Shown here one piece after another: positions 20,164 to 29,920 of a stretch of DNA of 64,000 bases (the stretch's first letter is position 1; the number at the start of each line of letters is the position of its first letter). The DNA is from an uncultured Dehalococcoidia bacterium. Its GTDB lineage: Bacteria; Chloroflexota; Dehalococcoidia; Lucifugimonadales; CAZDRU01. Location: positions 18,510 through 82,509 of the forward strand of contig CAZDRU010000029.1 in the NCBI GenBank assembly GCA_964508175.1. The letters run 5' to 3'. Made by a program: the position numbers and the translations under genes. The notes beneath the pieces were generated by a model. The model had not been told where the DNA came from. It was given only the letters and a program-made list of their open reading frames with translations, and searched no databases.

Positions 20164-20348
20164 ATTAAGAAAAAAATTTATTGATTTTTATTGCTAATCG
20201 TTAAAAGAGTATAGCATAGGGAATTTAAACTATGTAATACCTTTCAAATACGCTTAAAATAAAAATTGTTCAAAATATTCTTACTTATTCTTATTCACAT
20301 GGTAAAATTAATTAATTCCAACATTTCTAATGAATAAAAGAGGCACTA

Positions 20349-21341
20349 ATGAATAAATTTATAGGACAAGATCAATTCAAATTTAAGGTTGATGCAAACT
20401 GGGCAAAATTACCTGAAGGATGGACATTTAAAGAAGTGGGAGGAGTAGGAGTAGACTCAAAAGATAGAGTATATGTATTTAACAGAGGAGAACATCCTGT
20501 CATAGTCTTTGATAAAGAAGGTAATTTTCTGCAATCCTGGGGAGAAGGTCTTTATCCAAGAGCTCATGGGGTAACTATGGGACCAGATGACACTATCTAT
20601 TTAACTGATGATGGCAATCATTCAGTGAGAAAATGCAACTTAAATGGAGATATTTTAATGACTTTAGGATCTCCTGGAAAACCTTCACATTTCATGAGTG
20701 GTAATCCATTTAATCGATGCACTCATGTAGCATTAGATCCAAATAATGGAGACATTTATGTTTCAGATGGATATGGAAACGCTAAAGTACATAAATATTC
20801 ACCTGATGGGAAAATACTATTTTCGTGGGGAGAATCTGGAACCGGTCCGGGAGAATTTAATTTAGTACATAATATTGCTACGGATAAAGATGGATATGTA
20901 TATGTTGCAGATCGAGAAAATCATCGCGTTCAAGTTTTTGACAAAAACGGCAAATTTGAAACTCAATGGAAAAATTTGCATCGACCTTGTGGTATTTTTA
21001 TTGATGCTAATAATCCTCAAACATGCTATATAGCAGAGTTAGGAGCGACTATGGCAGTAAACATACATTATCCAAATATAGGACCAAGAGTAGTTATTAC
21101 AGATCTAAAAGGCAATATTCTTGAAAAATTAGGAAATGACTCAGAAACAGAAGTAGCTGAAATAAGCGACACTTTGAAAATTAAAATTGGAACAAATCCT
21201 ACAGAATTTACTGCACCACATACAATCACTGTAGATTCAAATGGAGATATTTACGTAGGAGAAGTATCATGGACCGCATCAGGCCAACACTTACAACCTC
21301 CTAGAGAAATAAAGTCTTTCCAAAAATTAATAAAATCCTAA
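20349..21341 (+). CDS. NHL-repeat six-bladed propeller, peptidyl-alpha-hydroxyglycine alpha-amidating lyase (PAL)-like
   Basis: Blades with DIYVSDGYGNAKVHKYSPDGKILFSWGESG and YVYVADRENHRVQVFD closely resemble the animal PAL motifs (VSDGYCNSRI..FSPSGKF..WGEES; VADRENGRIQCF), as I recall them. No signal peptide. Confidence 0.7.
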   Translation: MNKFIGQDQFKFKVDANWAKLPEGWTFKEVGGVGVDSKDRVYVFNRGEHPVIVFDKEGNFLQSWGEGLYPRAHGVTMGPDDTIYLTDDGNHSVRKCNLNGDILMTLGSPGKPSHFMSGNPFNRCTHVALDPNNGDIYVSDGYGNAKVHKYSPDGKILFSWGESGTGPGEFNLVHNIATDKDGYVYVADRENHRVQVFDKNGKFETQWKNLHRPCGIFIDANNPQTCYIAELGATMAVNIHYPNIGPRVVITDLKGNILEKLGNDSETEVAEISDTLKIKIGTNPTEFTAPHTITVDSNGDIYVGEVSWTASGQHLQPPREIKSFQKLIKS

Positions 21342-21351
21342 AATACCATAA

Positions 21352-22119
21352 ATGAGCTCTTTACGGTTAAATTCTACCCAAATTGAACAAGCTAATACAG
21401 ATGGATTTTTACTATTACCTAATATACGTTCATTAAAAGACTGTGAAACATACTTAGATCGTCTCACCTCCTATAGCAGAAAAGAAATAGGCATAAAAGG
21501 CAATATGTATATCCAAACTGAACCAAAAATAGAAAGAGGTGAAATAAATACTGAAGGAGATCAAATCAGGAAAATTAGTGGCATTGCCGTTCATGATCCT
21601 ATCTTCCACGATCTTGTAATAACTACTACAATCATTGAAGCAATGAAACAACTGATGACTCCTAATTTAAAACTATTTCGAGCTGACGCACTAATGAAAC
21701 CCCCCTTTGTAGGATCAGCAAAAGGAATGCATCAGGATTCACCATATTGGCCAATAAAACCAATGGAACTTTGGTCATGTTGGATGCCATTTGAAACAGC
21801 TACCCTCGAAAACGGATGTATGCAAGTTATACCTAAAAGTCATAAAAGAGGTCCATTGAAACATATCAAAACCACTGATGATTATATCGTTACTGAAGAT
21901 CAATATAATCCTAACGAAACCTTAGCTGTTCCAATGAATCCAGGAGACGGATTATTTTTCCATAGCCTTCTTCTTCATAGCACCTCAGAAAACAAATCAG
22001 AAAAATCTCGTCGTGCTATCACAATGTCATACATGGCTTCTGAATATCACTATATTGGGAATACTCCCAAACCAAATTATCTGAAAATCTGTGGAATAGA
22101 TGTGCTGGGGGGGGTATAA
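21352..22119 (+). CDS. phytanoyl-CoA dioxygenase (PhyH) family Fe(II)/2-oxoglutarate oxygenase
   Basis: GMHQDSPYW (HxD facial-triad context), later distal HS in FHSLLLHST, R in SRRAITMSY. PhyH-like N-terminus QANTDGFLLLPN. Confidence 0.8.
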   Translation: MSSLRLNSTQIEQANTDGFLLLPNIRSLKDCETYLDRLTSYSRKEIGIKGNMYIQTEPKIERGEINTEGDQIRKISGIAVHDPIFHDLVITTTIIEAMKQLMTPNLKLFRADALMKPPFVGSAKGMHQDSPYWPIKPMELWSCWMPFETATLENGCMQVIPKSHKRGPLKHIKTTDDYIVTEDQYNPNETLAVPMNPGDGLFFHSLLLHSTSENKSEKSRRAITMSYMASEYHYIGNTPKPNYLKICGIDVLGGV

Positions 22120-22203
22120 CAATTTCAAAATTAAAAGTAGAATTAAATATGTATAAAACTACAAATAATAACCATTTTATGACTTACATTAATTGAGGAA
22201 AAG

Positions 22204-23394
22204 ATGAAAATAACAGACATTCAAATAATCAATTTTGCTGTAGAAACTAATGAACAGAAAACAAAATGGGGTTATGGACAACGAGGTCCTCAAAAAAAAG
22301 TCCCTAATGGATTAATAAAAATCCTAACGGATGAAGGTTATAGTGGTGTCGATTCACAATATGGTTTTGGAGGATATTACTCCCCTCCAAGCATAGAAGA
22401 AACCGAAAATATACTAAAACCTTTACTCGTAGGACAAGATCCACGAAATATTGAAAGACTCTGGCAATGGATGATGGCTCATAGAGGATTCACAGAAACT
22501 GCTGTTGGTTCAGTTGACTGTGCTTTATGGGATCTAATGGGAAAACTTGCTAATACTCCCACTTATCAAGTTCTAGGTGGAGCGAGAAATAAAGTCAAAG
22601 CATATGCAAGTACATATCCTAACCTAGGAAAACCAGACGTTTATGCAAATCATGCAAAAGATGCAGTCAAAAGAGGATATAAAGCTTTTAAAGTTCACGC
22701 GTATATATTTTGGGATCCGATCAACAATTGCACTGCTCCTGGAAAACCTAGTTTTCCTAAACAAGACATCGAAGTTTGTGAAGCAGTCAGAGATGCAGTA
22801 GGAAAAGATATTGTATTAATGTTGGACCCATGGAGTGTTTATACCTACCAGGAATCAATTATGGTTGGAAGAGAACTAGAAAAATTAAATTACTATTGGC
22901 TTGAACATCCGATGGATGAGAGAAGAATTGAACCGTATAAACAATTAACAAATGAATTGCAAATCAATATTCTTGGACCTGAAATGGAACCCGGAAGTTT
23001 CTACACACGAGCAAACTGGGCATTTCAAAGAGCATCTGATATGGGAAGAATAGATGTAAGCTTTGGTGGTATAACTGGATGTAAAAAAGCAATCGCAATG
23101 TATGAATCCCTAGGTATGCAATGTGAAATGCATGTTGGGGGATTTGGTAACCTTGCAATTTTAGGATCTACTACAGAGGAACAATGTGAATATTATGAAC
23201 GAGGTTTGACAAAACCTGATGAGGATAGAGATGCATGTCCCGTATTTTTAAAGAATCCTTCTGACCCAATGGATGATAATGGATATGTAAAAATACCGCA
23301 GCAACCAGGATTAGGCATCGAATTGAATTGGGATTATATAAAAGACAATTTCCTACCAGATTTAAGTAGTAAAAATGTACAATTTGAAGATTAA
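22204..23394 (+). CDS. enolase-superfamily enzyme (mandelate racemase/muconate lactonizing family, divergent)
   Basis: Capping-domain N-terminus, barrel with FKVH, LMLDPW (Asp ligand), WLEHPM (Glu ligand), GPEMEPG, CEMHVGG. Confidence 0.8.
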   Translation: MKITDIQIINFAVETNEQKTKWGYGQRGPQKKVPNGLIKILTDEGYSGVDSQYGFGGYYSPPSIEETENILKPLLVGQDPRNIERLWQWMMAHRGFTETAVGSVDCALWDLMGKLANTPTYQVLGGARNKVKAYASTYPNLGKPDVYANHAKDAVKRGYKAFKVHAYIFWDPINNCTAPGKPSFPKQDIEVCEAVRDAVGKDIVLMLDPWSVYTYQESIMVGRELEKLNYYWLEHPMDERRIEPYKQLTNELQINILGPEMEPGSFYTRANWAFQRASDMGRIDVSFGGITGCKKAIAMYESLGMQCEMHVGGFGNLAILGSTTEEQCEYYERGLTKPDEDRDACPVFLKNPSDPMDDNGYVKIPQQPGLGIELNWDYIKDNFLPDLSSKNVQFED

Positions 23395-23418
23395 ACAAAT
23401 AAGAGTGAGCACAAAACA

Positions 23419-24537
23419 ATGAAAATAACTGATGTAATTAGCGAAGTTTTTGAATGGGAAAGGCCGGGCATCTGGAACGGAGGTCATTTTTATGGACCAG
23501 GCAGATTACACAAAGTAACGGTTAAGACAGATGAGGGTATAGACGGTTATGGCTGGAACGGTGGCACCGCTGCCGAACGGCCACTAAGTATATTCCCCCC
23601 ATTTGTAGATTATTTTCGAGATCTCTTAATTGGTCGGGATCCTTTAGATACCAGAGCCATCGCAGAAGACTTGGGAGAAAAGCATATTAAGATACTTGGA
23701 TCCGGTGGAATTAATACCCAGGTTTTAGCCGCAATTAATATCGCCTGTTGGGATATAAAAGGCAAATCACTTGGCAAATCAGTGCATAGTTTACTCGGAG
23801 GCGCCCAATCTCGAATCAAAACCTACATAGCTGGAGGTTATTACGCTGAAGGGAAAGGTTTGTCTGAACTTCAAGAAGAAGTAAAGTTTAATATAGAAGA
23901 ATTGCATGCAGGTGCTGTGAAGATCAAAATTGGTGATCCAAATGAAGGGCTGATTGGAGATATGAAGAGAGTCGAAGCAGCAAGAAAAGCCGTTGGTGAT
24001 GAAGTTATTCTTATGGTTGACGCTAATTGTGCTCTTGATCTCTACACTTCACTGGGATTTGCTGAAGAATTACCAAAATATGGAGTCTACTGGTTTGAAG
24101 AGCCTATGCATATACACAAGTACAAAGAACATGGGATTTTAAAATCAAAATCTAATGTAAAAATAGCAACTGGGGAAAATGGATATTATTTAGCACATTT
24201 TGAGACTTTGTTGGATCACAATGGAGCTGACATACTCAATGTGGACGCAACCATTTGTCCTGGTTACGACATCGCCAAGGATATATGTGATTTAGCATTA
24301 AAAAAAGGAGTTTCCATTGCTCCACATGGGTGTCAAGAACTACAACTACCTCTTGCCGCTGCAGTACCTCATGGAGAGTTCTTGGAGTATTATCCAAGTG
24401 CCGTAGATCCTATGAGAACGGAGATGTTCATCCCCAAAATGAAACCTGATAAGGATGGCTTTGTCACGGTTCCTGACACACCCGGTATTGGATATGAACT
24501 GAATATGGAATTGTTAAATAAATATAAATTAGGGTAA
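23419..24537 (+). CDS. enolase-superfamily enzyme, MR subgroup (acid-sugar dehydratase-like)
   Basis: KxK motif AVKIKIGD, metal ligands LMVDANCAL / WFEEPM / IATGENG, general base region APHGCQE. Confidence 0.85.
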   Translation: MKITDVISEVFEWERPGIWNGGHFYGPGRLHKVTVKTDEGIDGYGWNGGTAAERPLSIFPPFVDYFRDLLIGRDPLDTRAIAEDLGEKHIKILGSGGINTQVLAAINIACWDIKGKSLGKSVHSLLGGAQSRIKTYIAGGYYAEGKGLSELQEEVKFNIEELHAGAVKIKIGDPNEGLIGDMKRVEAARKAVGDEVILMVDANCALDLYTSLGFAEELPKYGVYWFEEPMHIHKYKEHGILKSKSNVKIATGENGYYLAHFETLLDHNGADILNVDATICPGYDIAKDICDLALKKGVSIAPHGCQELQLPLAAAVPHGEFLEYYPSAVDPMRTEMFIPKMKPDKDGFVTVPDTPGIGYELNMELLNKYKLG

Positions 24538-24542
24538 TTATT

Positions 24543-25700
24543 TTAAATTTTATGTTGGAAATATTTGCCTTCAGTTTTAATACTAGGAGCAATAATAAGT
24601 TCTGCTTCATGCATATCTTTTAAGGTAATTGCTCCACACATTCCCATCGAAGTTCGTAATGCACCTATTAAATTTTGAGTGCCATTATTATGAGAACTCG
24701 GACCAAAAAGAATTTGATTTAATGTTCCAATATTCCCTACTGAAATTCTAGCTCCTCGAGGTAAAGCTGCATCTGAAGTTGCCATTCCCCAATTAAATCC
24801 CTTTCCTGCAGCTTCTTCTGATTGAGCAAATGGAGTTCCTAACATTACAGCATCTGCGCCAGACACTATTGCCTTGCAAAAATCACCACCCGATCTAATT
24901 CCTCCATCAGTAATAATAGGAATATATTTACCCGTAGAATTATAAAAATAATCTCTAGCAGATGTTGTTTCAATCGTTGCAGTAACTTGCGGAACTCCTA
25001 CTCCAACTACTTCTCTAGTAGTACAAGCTGCACCTGGACCAACTCCAACTAATATCCCATGAATTCCTGTTTCAAGTAATTCCAATGCCGCACTAAAAGT
25101 CACACAATTACCAACTATAACTGGTATCGGAATTTCTTTTAGTAAATCTGAAAACACTAATCCTTTATAACTTCTTGAAATATGTCTTGCAGTACTCACA
25201 GTTGATTGCACCACTAAAATATCAGCTCCTGCCTCAACAGCAATAGCTGAAAATCTCTTAGTATTAGCAGGAGTAACCGACACAGCACAAATCACGTTTT
25301 TTTCTTTTATTTTAGATATACGTTCTCCAATAAGATTTTCATCTATTGGGCTAGCATAAATACGTTGAATAGTATTTATGCTTTCTTCTTTTGGAGCTTG
25401 ACAAATTTCTTCTAATGCGATTTCAGGATCTTTATAACGAGTATAAATGCCTTCAAGATTCATAACTCCTAATCCACCCATTTTATTGAGTTGCACAACA
25501 AAATCGGGAGAGCTGACTGCATCCATAGCAGAAGATAATATAGGAATTTCAAATTCATGTTTGCCAATAGAAAAAGAAGTAGTAACCATATCAGGATTAA
25601 TAGTAAAATCTCCGGGAACAATCGCAACTTCATCAAATCCTACAGCATTTGAAAGTTGTTTCTTAGGAATTTCTTCTCTTAAGTCTCTTTTTCTATACAT
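24543..25700 (-). CDS. GuaB3-like IMP dehydrogenase-family protein lacking the CBS (Bateman) insert
   Basis: IMPDH barrel with GVGPGAACTTREVVGVGVPQ (catalytic-Cys loop) and GGIRSGGDFCKAIVSGADAVMLG. 385 aa with no CBS pair. Confidence 0.8.
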   Translation of the reverse strand: MYRKRDLREEIPKKQLSNAVGFDEVAIVPGDFTINPDMVTTSFSIGKHEFEIPILSSAMDAVSSPDFVVQLNKMGGLGVMNLEGIYTRYKDPEIALEEICQAPKEESINTIQRIYASPIDENLIGERISKIKEKNVICAVSVTPANTKRFSAIAVEAGADILVVQSTVSTARHISRSYKGLVFSDLLKEIPIPVIVGNCVTFSAALELLETGIHGILVGVGPGAACTTREVVGVGVPQVTATIETTSARDYFYNSTGKYIPIITDGGIRSGGDFCKAIVSGADAVMLGTPFAQSEEAAGKGFNWGMATSDAALPRGARISVGNIGTLNQILFGPSSHNNGTQNLIGALRTSMGMCGAITLKDMHEAELIIAPSIKTEGKYFQHKI

Positions 25701-25845
25701 CTAATTAAATCGTAGGCTAACAAAGGAAACAACTAAAGTCAACACTGTATAAAAAAGCTATGAAATATATAATTCTAAAAAAAAGCCCTAAGACTATAAA
25801 GCATTCCCATTGATAAGGATAAATCTCATTGATATACTCCCATTT

Positions 25846-26763
25846 ATGTCTATTAATAATAACTATATAAAAATCAAAATACCGGGAACTACAAGTAATT
25901 TTGGATCTGGTTATGACATTTTAGGAATGTCGTTAGGAATATGGAACGAAATAAAACTAAAAAAAACTGATATAACAAAAGTTAAAATTACTGGAGAAGG
26001 GAAAGGTATTCTACCAGAAAACAAAAACAATCTTGTTTATAAAACTATTTCTCAAATGTTAGACATCGTTGGAGAAAAAAATCTTCAATTCACTATTGAA
26101 TGCAAAAATCAAATCCCCTTATCAAGAGGAATAGGTAGTAGTTCAGCTGCAATCGTTGGTGGATTACTAGGGGCAAATTATTTTCTTGGTAATCCTATGA
26201 CAATTTATGATTTATTTAAAATAGCAGTCGATATTGAAGGCCATCCAGACAATGTAGCGCCTGCGCTTTTTGGAGGAATGCAAATAATCACAAAAGATAA
26301 TTCGGAATTAATCACACAAACAGTTAATATTCCTAAAGACCTTCGTTGTGTTTTATTTATTCCAGAAAAAATTATAAACACGAAAGCTGCAAGAAAAATA
26401 CTGCCAAAAAAAATAACAAGATCAGATGCTATTTTTAACATGAGCAGAATTGCTCTTTTAATTAATTCTTTAGCTCAAAAAGATTACTCAAATTTAAATA
26501 TAGCAACAGAAGATCTACTACATCAACCATATCGCGCAAAATTATTTCCAGCAATGAATCAAATTATAAAAGGGGCTTTAGAAGGTGGTGCTTTAGCTTC
26601 ATTTCTTTCTGGCAGCGGTACAACTATCATAGCATTAACTAAAGGAAAAGAAATGAGTGTAGCCTATGAAATGGCGGAGGCAGCAAAAAAATGCAATGAA
26701 TCAGGCAATGTTAAAATAATAAGACCTACTCAAAAAGGCGCTTATTTAGTAGAAAATACCTAA
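25846..26763 (+). CDS. thrB: homoserine kinase
   Basis: GHMP kinase motif PLSRGIGSSSAAIVGG; N-terminus MSINNNYIKIKIPGTTSNFGSGYD fits ThrB. I prefer ATG 25846 to the TTG at 25810 given in the ORF track. Confidence 0.9.
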   Translation: MSINNNYIKIKIPGTTSNFGSGYDILGMSLGIWNEIKLKKTDITKVKITGEGKGILPENKNNLVYKTISQMLDIVGEKNLQFTIECKNQIPLSRGIGSSSAAIVGGLLGANYFLGNPMTIYDLFKIAVDIEGHPDNVAPALFGGMQIITKDNSELITQTVNIPKDLRCVLFIPEKIINTKAARKILPKKITRSDAIFNMSRIALLINSLAQKDYSNLNIATEDLLHQPYRAKLFPAMNQIIKGALEGGALASFLSGSGTTIIALTKGKEMSVAYEMAEAAKKCNESGNVKIIRPTQKGAYLVENT

Positions 26764-26773
26764 TTGAATTAAC

Positions 26774-27979
26774 ATGAATATAATTGTGCAAAAATATGGA
26801 GGTTCTTCAGTTGCAAATAGCGAACTAATCCATCATGTTGCAACAAAAATAAAAAGTGTTTCCGGCAAAAAAATCATTGTCGTATCTGCAATGGGAAACA
26901 GTACTGACGATCTTATAGATCTCGCTGGAACCATTAGTAATAATCCAAACAAACGAGAAATGGATTTATTACTTTCAACCGGAGAATTGGTTTCTTCTGC
27001 TCTACTTAGCATTGCATTAAATGAAATAAATGTCCCATCAATTAGCCTAACAGGATATCAAGCAGGAATAGAAACTAACGATATTTATGGACAAGCAAAA
27101 ATCAAAAACATTAATATCAAAAGAATTGAAACAGAATTAAAAACACATGAAGTAGTAATAGTAGCAGGATTTCAAGGCATTACAGAAAATGAAGATATTA
27201 CCACTCTCGGAAGAGGCGGGTCTGATACTACAGCAGTAGGATTAGCAATCGCATTAAAAGCTAAAAGATGTGAAATATATACTGACGTAAAAGGCATTTA
27301 TTCTGCAGACCCCAATATAGTTAAGAATGCAAAAAAAATTGAGGAAATTGGATACGAAGAAATGTTAGAATTGGCGAATCTTGGAGCAAAAATGCATCCT
27401 AGATCGATTGAATTAGGATCAGTATATAATATGCCTATATATGTTGGTTCAACTTTTATAGATGAACCTGGAACATTAATTCATCCTGGAGTAAAAAAAA
27501 TGGAACAAAGAAAAAAAGTTACAGGGGTAGCATATTCTAAAAATATATCAAAAATAACGATACGAAATGTTCCAGATAAACCAGGAATAGCTGCAAAAAT
27601 ATTTTCACTCCTTGCAAAAAATTTAATTAGCGTTGATACGATAGTTCAAAACGCAAGTGTTAATGGAACAACTGACTTGAGTTTTACAATAGAAAGCGAA
27701 GATGAAAAAAAAGGAAAAGAAATAGTAGGAACCTTAACAAAGGAAATAGCTATTACAGAAATTATTAGTGAATCACATTTAGGCAAAGTAAGTATCGTTG
27801 GTTCAGGAATGCAAAATGAACCAGGTTATGCAGCAAAAATGTTCGAATGTTTAGCAAATATAAAAACAAACATAGAAATGATAACAACATCAGACATTCG
27901 AATTACATGTATTATTAAAGCCGACGAAGTTGAAAAATCATTAATTGCGCTTCATGATATTTTTGAATTAGATAAATAA
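26774..27979 (+). CDS. ask: aspartate kinase
   Basis: VQKYGGSSV, TLGRGGSDTTA, and two C-terminal ACT-like repeats. Confidence 0.95.
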   Translation: MNIIVQKYGGSSVANSELIHHVATKIKSVSGKKIIVVSAMGNSTDDLIDLAGTISNNPNKREMDLLLSTGELVSSALLSIALNEINVPSISLTGYQAGIETNDIYGQAKIKNINIKRIETELKTHEVVIVAGFQGITENEDITTLGRGGSDTTAVGLAIALKAKRCEIYTDVKGIYSADPNIVKNAKKIEEIGYEEMLELANLGAKMHPRSIELGSVYNMPIYVGSTFIDEPGTLIHPGVKKMEQRKKVTGVAYSKNISKITIRNVPDKPGIAAKIFSLLAKNLISVDTIVQNASVNGTTDLSFTIESEDEKKGKEIVGTLTKEIAITEIISESHLGKVSIVGSGMQNEPGYAAKMFECLANIKTNIEMITTSDIRITCIIKADEVEKSLIALHDIFELDK

Positions 27980-27984
27980 GAACA

Positions 27985-29091
27985 ATGATGGATAATACCA
28001 CTTATATACTTGGATTAAAAAAAGAAAAAATAGATACCCCCGCTTTTTTAATTGATTTAGACATCATGGAAAAAAATATCAACTTAATGTCTGAATATTG
28101 CAAATCTGCAAATATTAATCTTCGACCACATACTAAACACCATAAATCACCGATCATTGCACATAAACAACTTCAAGCAGGGGCAATTGGAATTTGCTGT
28201 CAAAAATTAGGAGAAGCTGAAGTAATGGTAGCTGCAGGAATCCCTGAAATCTTAATTACATATGAAATTATTGGTGAAATAAAAATTAAAAGACTGATGT
28301 CTTTATGCAATCAATCAAACATTATTGTTACTGTTGATTCTCATGAAAATATAAACGATTTATCAGAAGCAGCTACAAGCTTTGGTGTAGAATTAGGAAT
28401 TTTATTAGATGTAAATGTAGGTCAAAATAGATGTGGAATAGAACCAGATAACTCAGTAATCGAATTAGCTCAACTAATTACTTCTTCTAAAAATTTGAAC
28501 TTCAAAGGCATTCATGCATATGCAGGAAACATTCAAGGAGTGTTCAATGATGAAGAACGTTTTCAGCTTGATAAAAAATCAATGATAAAAACAAAAATTG
28601 CCGTTGAAAAATTAACATCTGCTAATTTACCCATAGAGATTGTGACAGCTGGCGGAACCGGAACATATAAATTTACATCACAATATAGTTACATAACTGA
28701 AATTCAACCAGGTTCATATGTTTTTATGGATGGACAATACCGTAAAGTATTAGAAGATTTTGAAATATCTGGAACTATATTAGCTACTATAATTAGCAAG
28801 CCAAATGCAAATAGAATAGTATTAGACAGTGGAATGAAAACTATTTCTTCTGATCAATGGCCTCCAATCATTAAAAACTTTCAAGGAATCGAATTCACAT
28901 CAATATCCGATGAACATTTAACTTTAAATATCCAAAATTCAGATGCAAAAGAATTAAAAGTTGGAGATAAAATTGAAATTATTCCAGCTCATAACGATAC
29001 AACAGTAAATTTACATACTGAATTTTTTGGCATTAGAAAAGGTATTCTAGAATGTGTCTGGCCTATTAGTGCAAGAGCTAAAATTAGATAA
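27985..29091 (+). CDS. DSD1-family PLP enzyme (D-serine dehydratase / D-threonine aldolase-like, alanine-racemase N-terminal fold)
   Basis: TPAFLIDLD...LRPHTKHHKSP (RPHxKxHK PLP-lysine motif) and C-terminal HNDTTVNLH. Confidence 0.75.
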   Translation: MMDNTTYILGLKKEKIDTPAFLIDLDIMEKNINLMSEYCKSANINLRPHTKHHKSPIIAHKQLQAGAIGICCQKLGEAEVMVAAGIPEILITYEIIGEIKIKRLMSLCNQSNIIVTVDSHENINDLSEAATSFGVELGILLDVNVGQNRCGIEPDNSVIELAQLITSSKNLNFKGIHAYAGNIQGVFNDEERFQLDKKSMIKTKIAVEKLTSANLPIEIVTAGGTGTYKFTSQYSYITEIQPGSYVFMDGQYRKVLEDFEISGTILATIISKPNANRIVLDSGMKTISSDQWPPIIKNFQGIEFTSISDEHLTLNIQNSDAKELKVGDKIEIIPAHNDTTVNLHTEFFGIRKGILECVWPISARAKIR

Positions 29092-29500
29092 GATAGATAA
29101 ATTTTTGAAAAAAATCAGAAATAATTACGAAGATATTTATCCTGGAGGCACTCCTTGCGTAAGAGGAATTCGCACGGGAAACACTTTATACATATCAGGC
29201 ATTACTGCTTTTGGTTCTAAGGCAGAAGGTGGAAGCCTTACAAATCAGTTAGAAGTTATCTTAGATCGAATTATAAGAATCGTAGAATTTGAAGGTGGAA
29301 AAGCATCTGATATTGTTGCGATGACTACATATATTGTTGATTCAAAAATGTCCGAGTATGAACCAAGCAAAGGAAAACAACTACAAATATGGAACCAATA
29401 TTTTAAAGGCGCATGGCCTACTAATGCATATATTGGAGTTTCTTGCCTTGCAGCTTCGACTGTTGATTTAGAAATAACTACTACAGTAATATTTGATTGA
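29054..29500 (+). CDS. RidA/YjgF/L-PSP family reactive-intermediate deaminase
   Basis: GNTLYISGITA..., C-terminal YIGVSCLAASTVDLEITTTV. Start uncertain: GTG 29054 overlaps the upstream gene by 38 nt; the in-frame TTG at 29105 gives a more typical length of about 131 aa. Confidence 0.75.
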   Translation: MSGLLVQELKLDKIDKFLKKIRNNYEDIYPGGTPCVRGIRTGNTLYISGITAFGSKAEGGSLTNQLEVILDRIIRIVEFEGGKASDIVAMTTYIVDSKMSEYEPSKGKQLQIWNQYFKGAWPTNAYIGVSCLAASTVDLEITTTVIFD

Positions 29501-29539
29501 TATAATAGGGTTTTTAATCATTTAATAAAAGGGTTTTTC

Positions 29540-29902
29540 ATGACAACAAAGGTAGCAGGAATTATTATTTCAACTCACAACTTTGCTCAAATGAAATACT
29601 TCTACACAAACACCCTGGGATTAAAAATATCCCGACAGAAAAAAAATCAACTTACTTTCAAGCATGGAAATTTCAAATTCATTATAACAACACATTCAAA
29701 AGTAATTGGACAAGCAAAGGACCCACACCGTATTATGCTCAATTTCGTAGTAAACAACATCGAATCAGAATATCTCCGATTAAAAGAAAAAAATGTTCCT
29801 TTTCTCAGAATTCCAGCAAAAGAACATTGGGATGGATGGATAGCTACATTAACAGATCCAGATGGGAATATCATACAATTATTACAAATGAAAGAAACAT
29901 AA
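29540..29902 (+). CDS. VOC (glyoxalase/bleomycin-resistance/dioxygenase) family protein
   Basis: About 120 aa; paired beta-alpha-beta-beta-beta pattern; C-terminal LTDPDGNIIQLLQ is typical of the VOC fold. Confidence 0.7.
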   Translation: MTTKVAGIIISTHNFAQMKYFYTNTLGLKISRQKKNQLTFKHGNFKFIITTHSKVIGQAKDPHRIMLNFVVNNIESEYLRLKEKNVPFLRIPAKEHWDGWIATLTDPDGNIIQLLQMKET

Positions 29903-29920
29903 AACAACCAATTTGTTTAA

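Noticed and set aside
20164-20348. Possible ARG box (ArgR/AhrC operator) upstream of argJ
   Set aside because: Only a half-site-like TGTGAATAA (minus strand, around 20285-20300) is present. The second half does not match TNTGAATWWWWATTCANW, and no argR gene is in the window.
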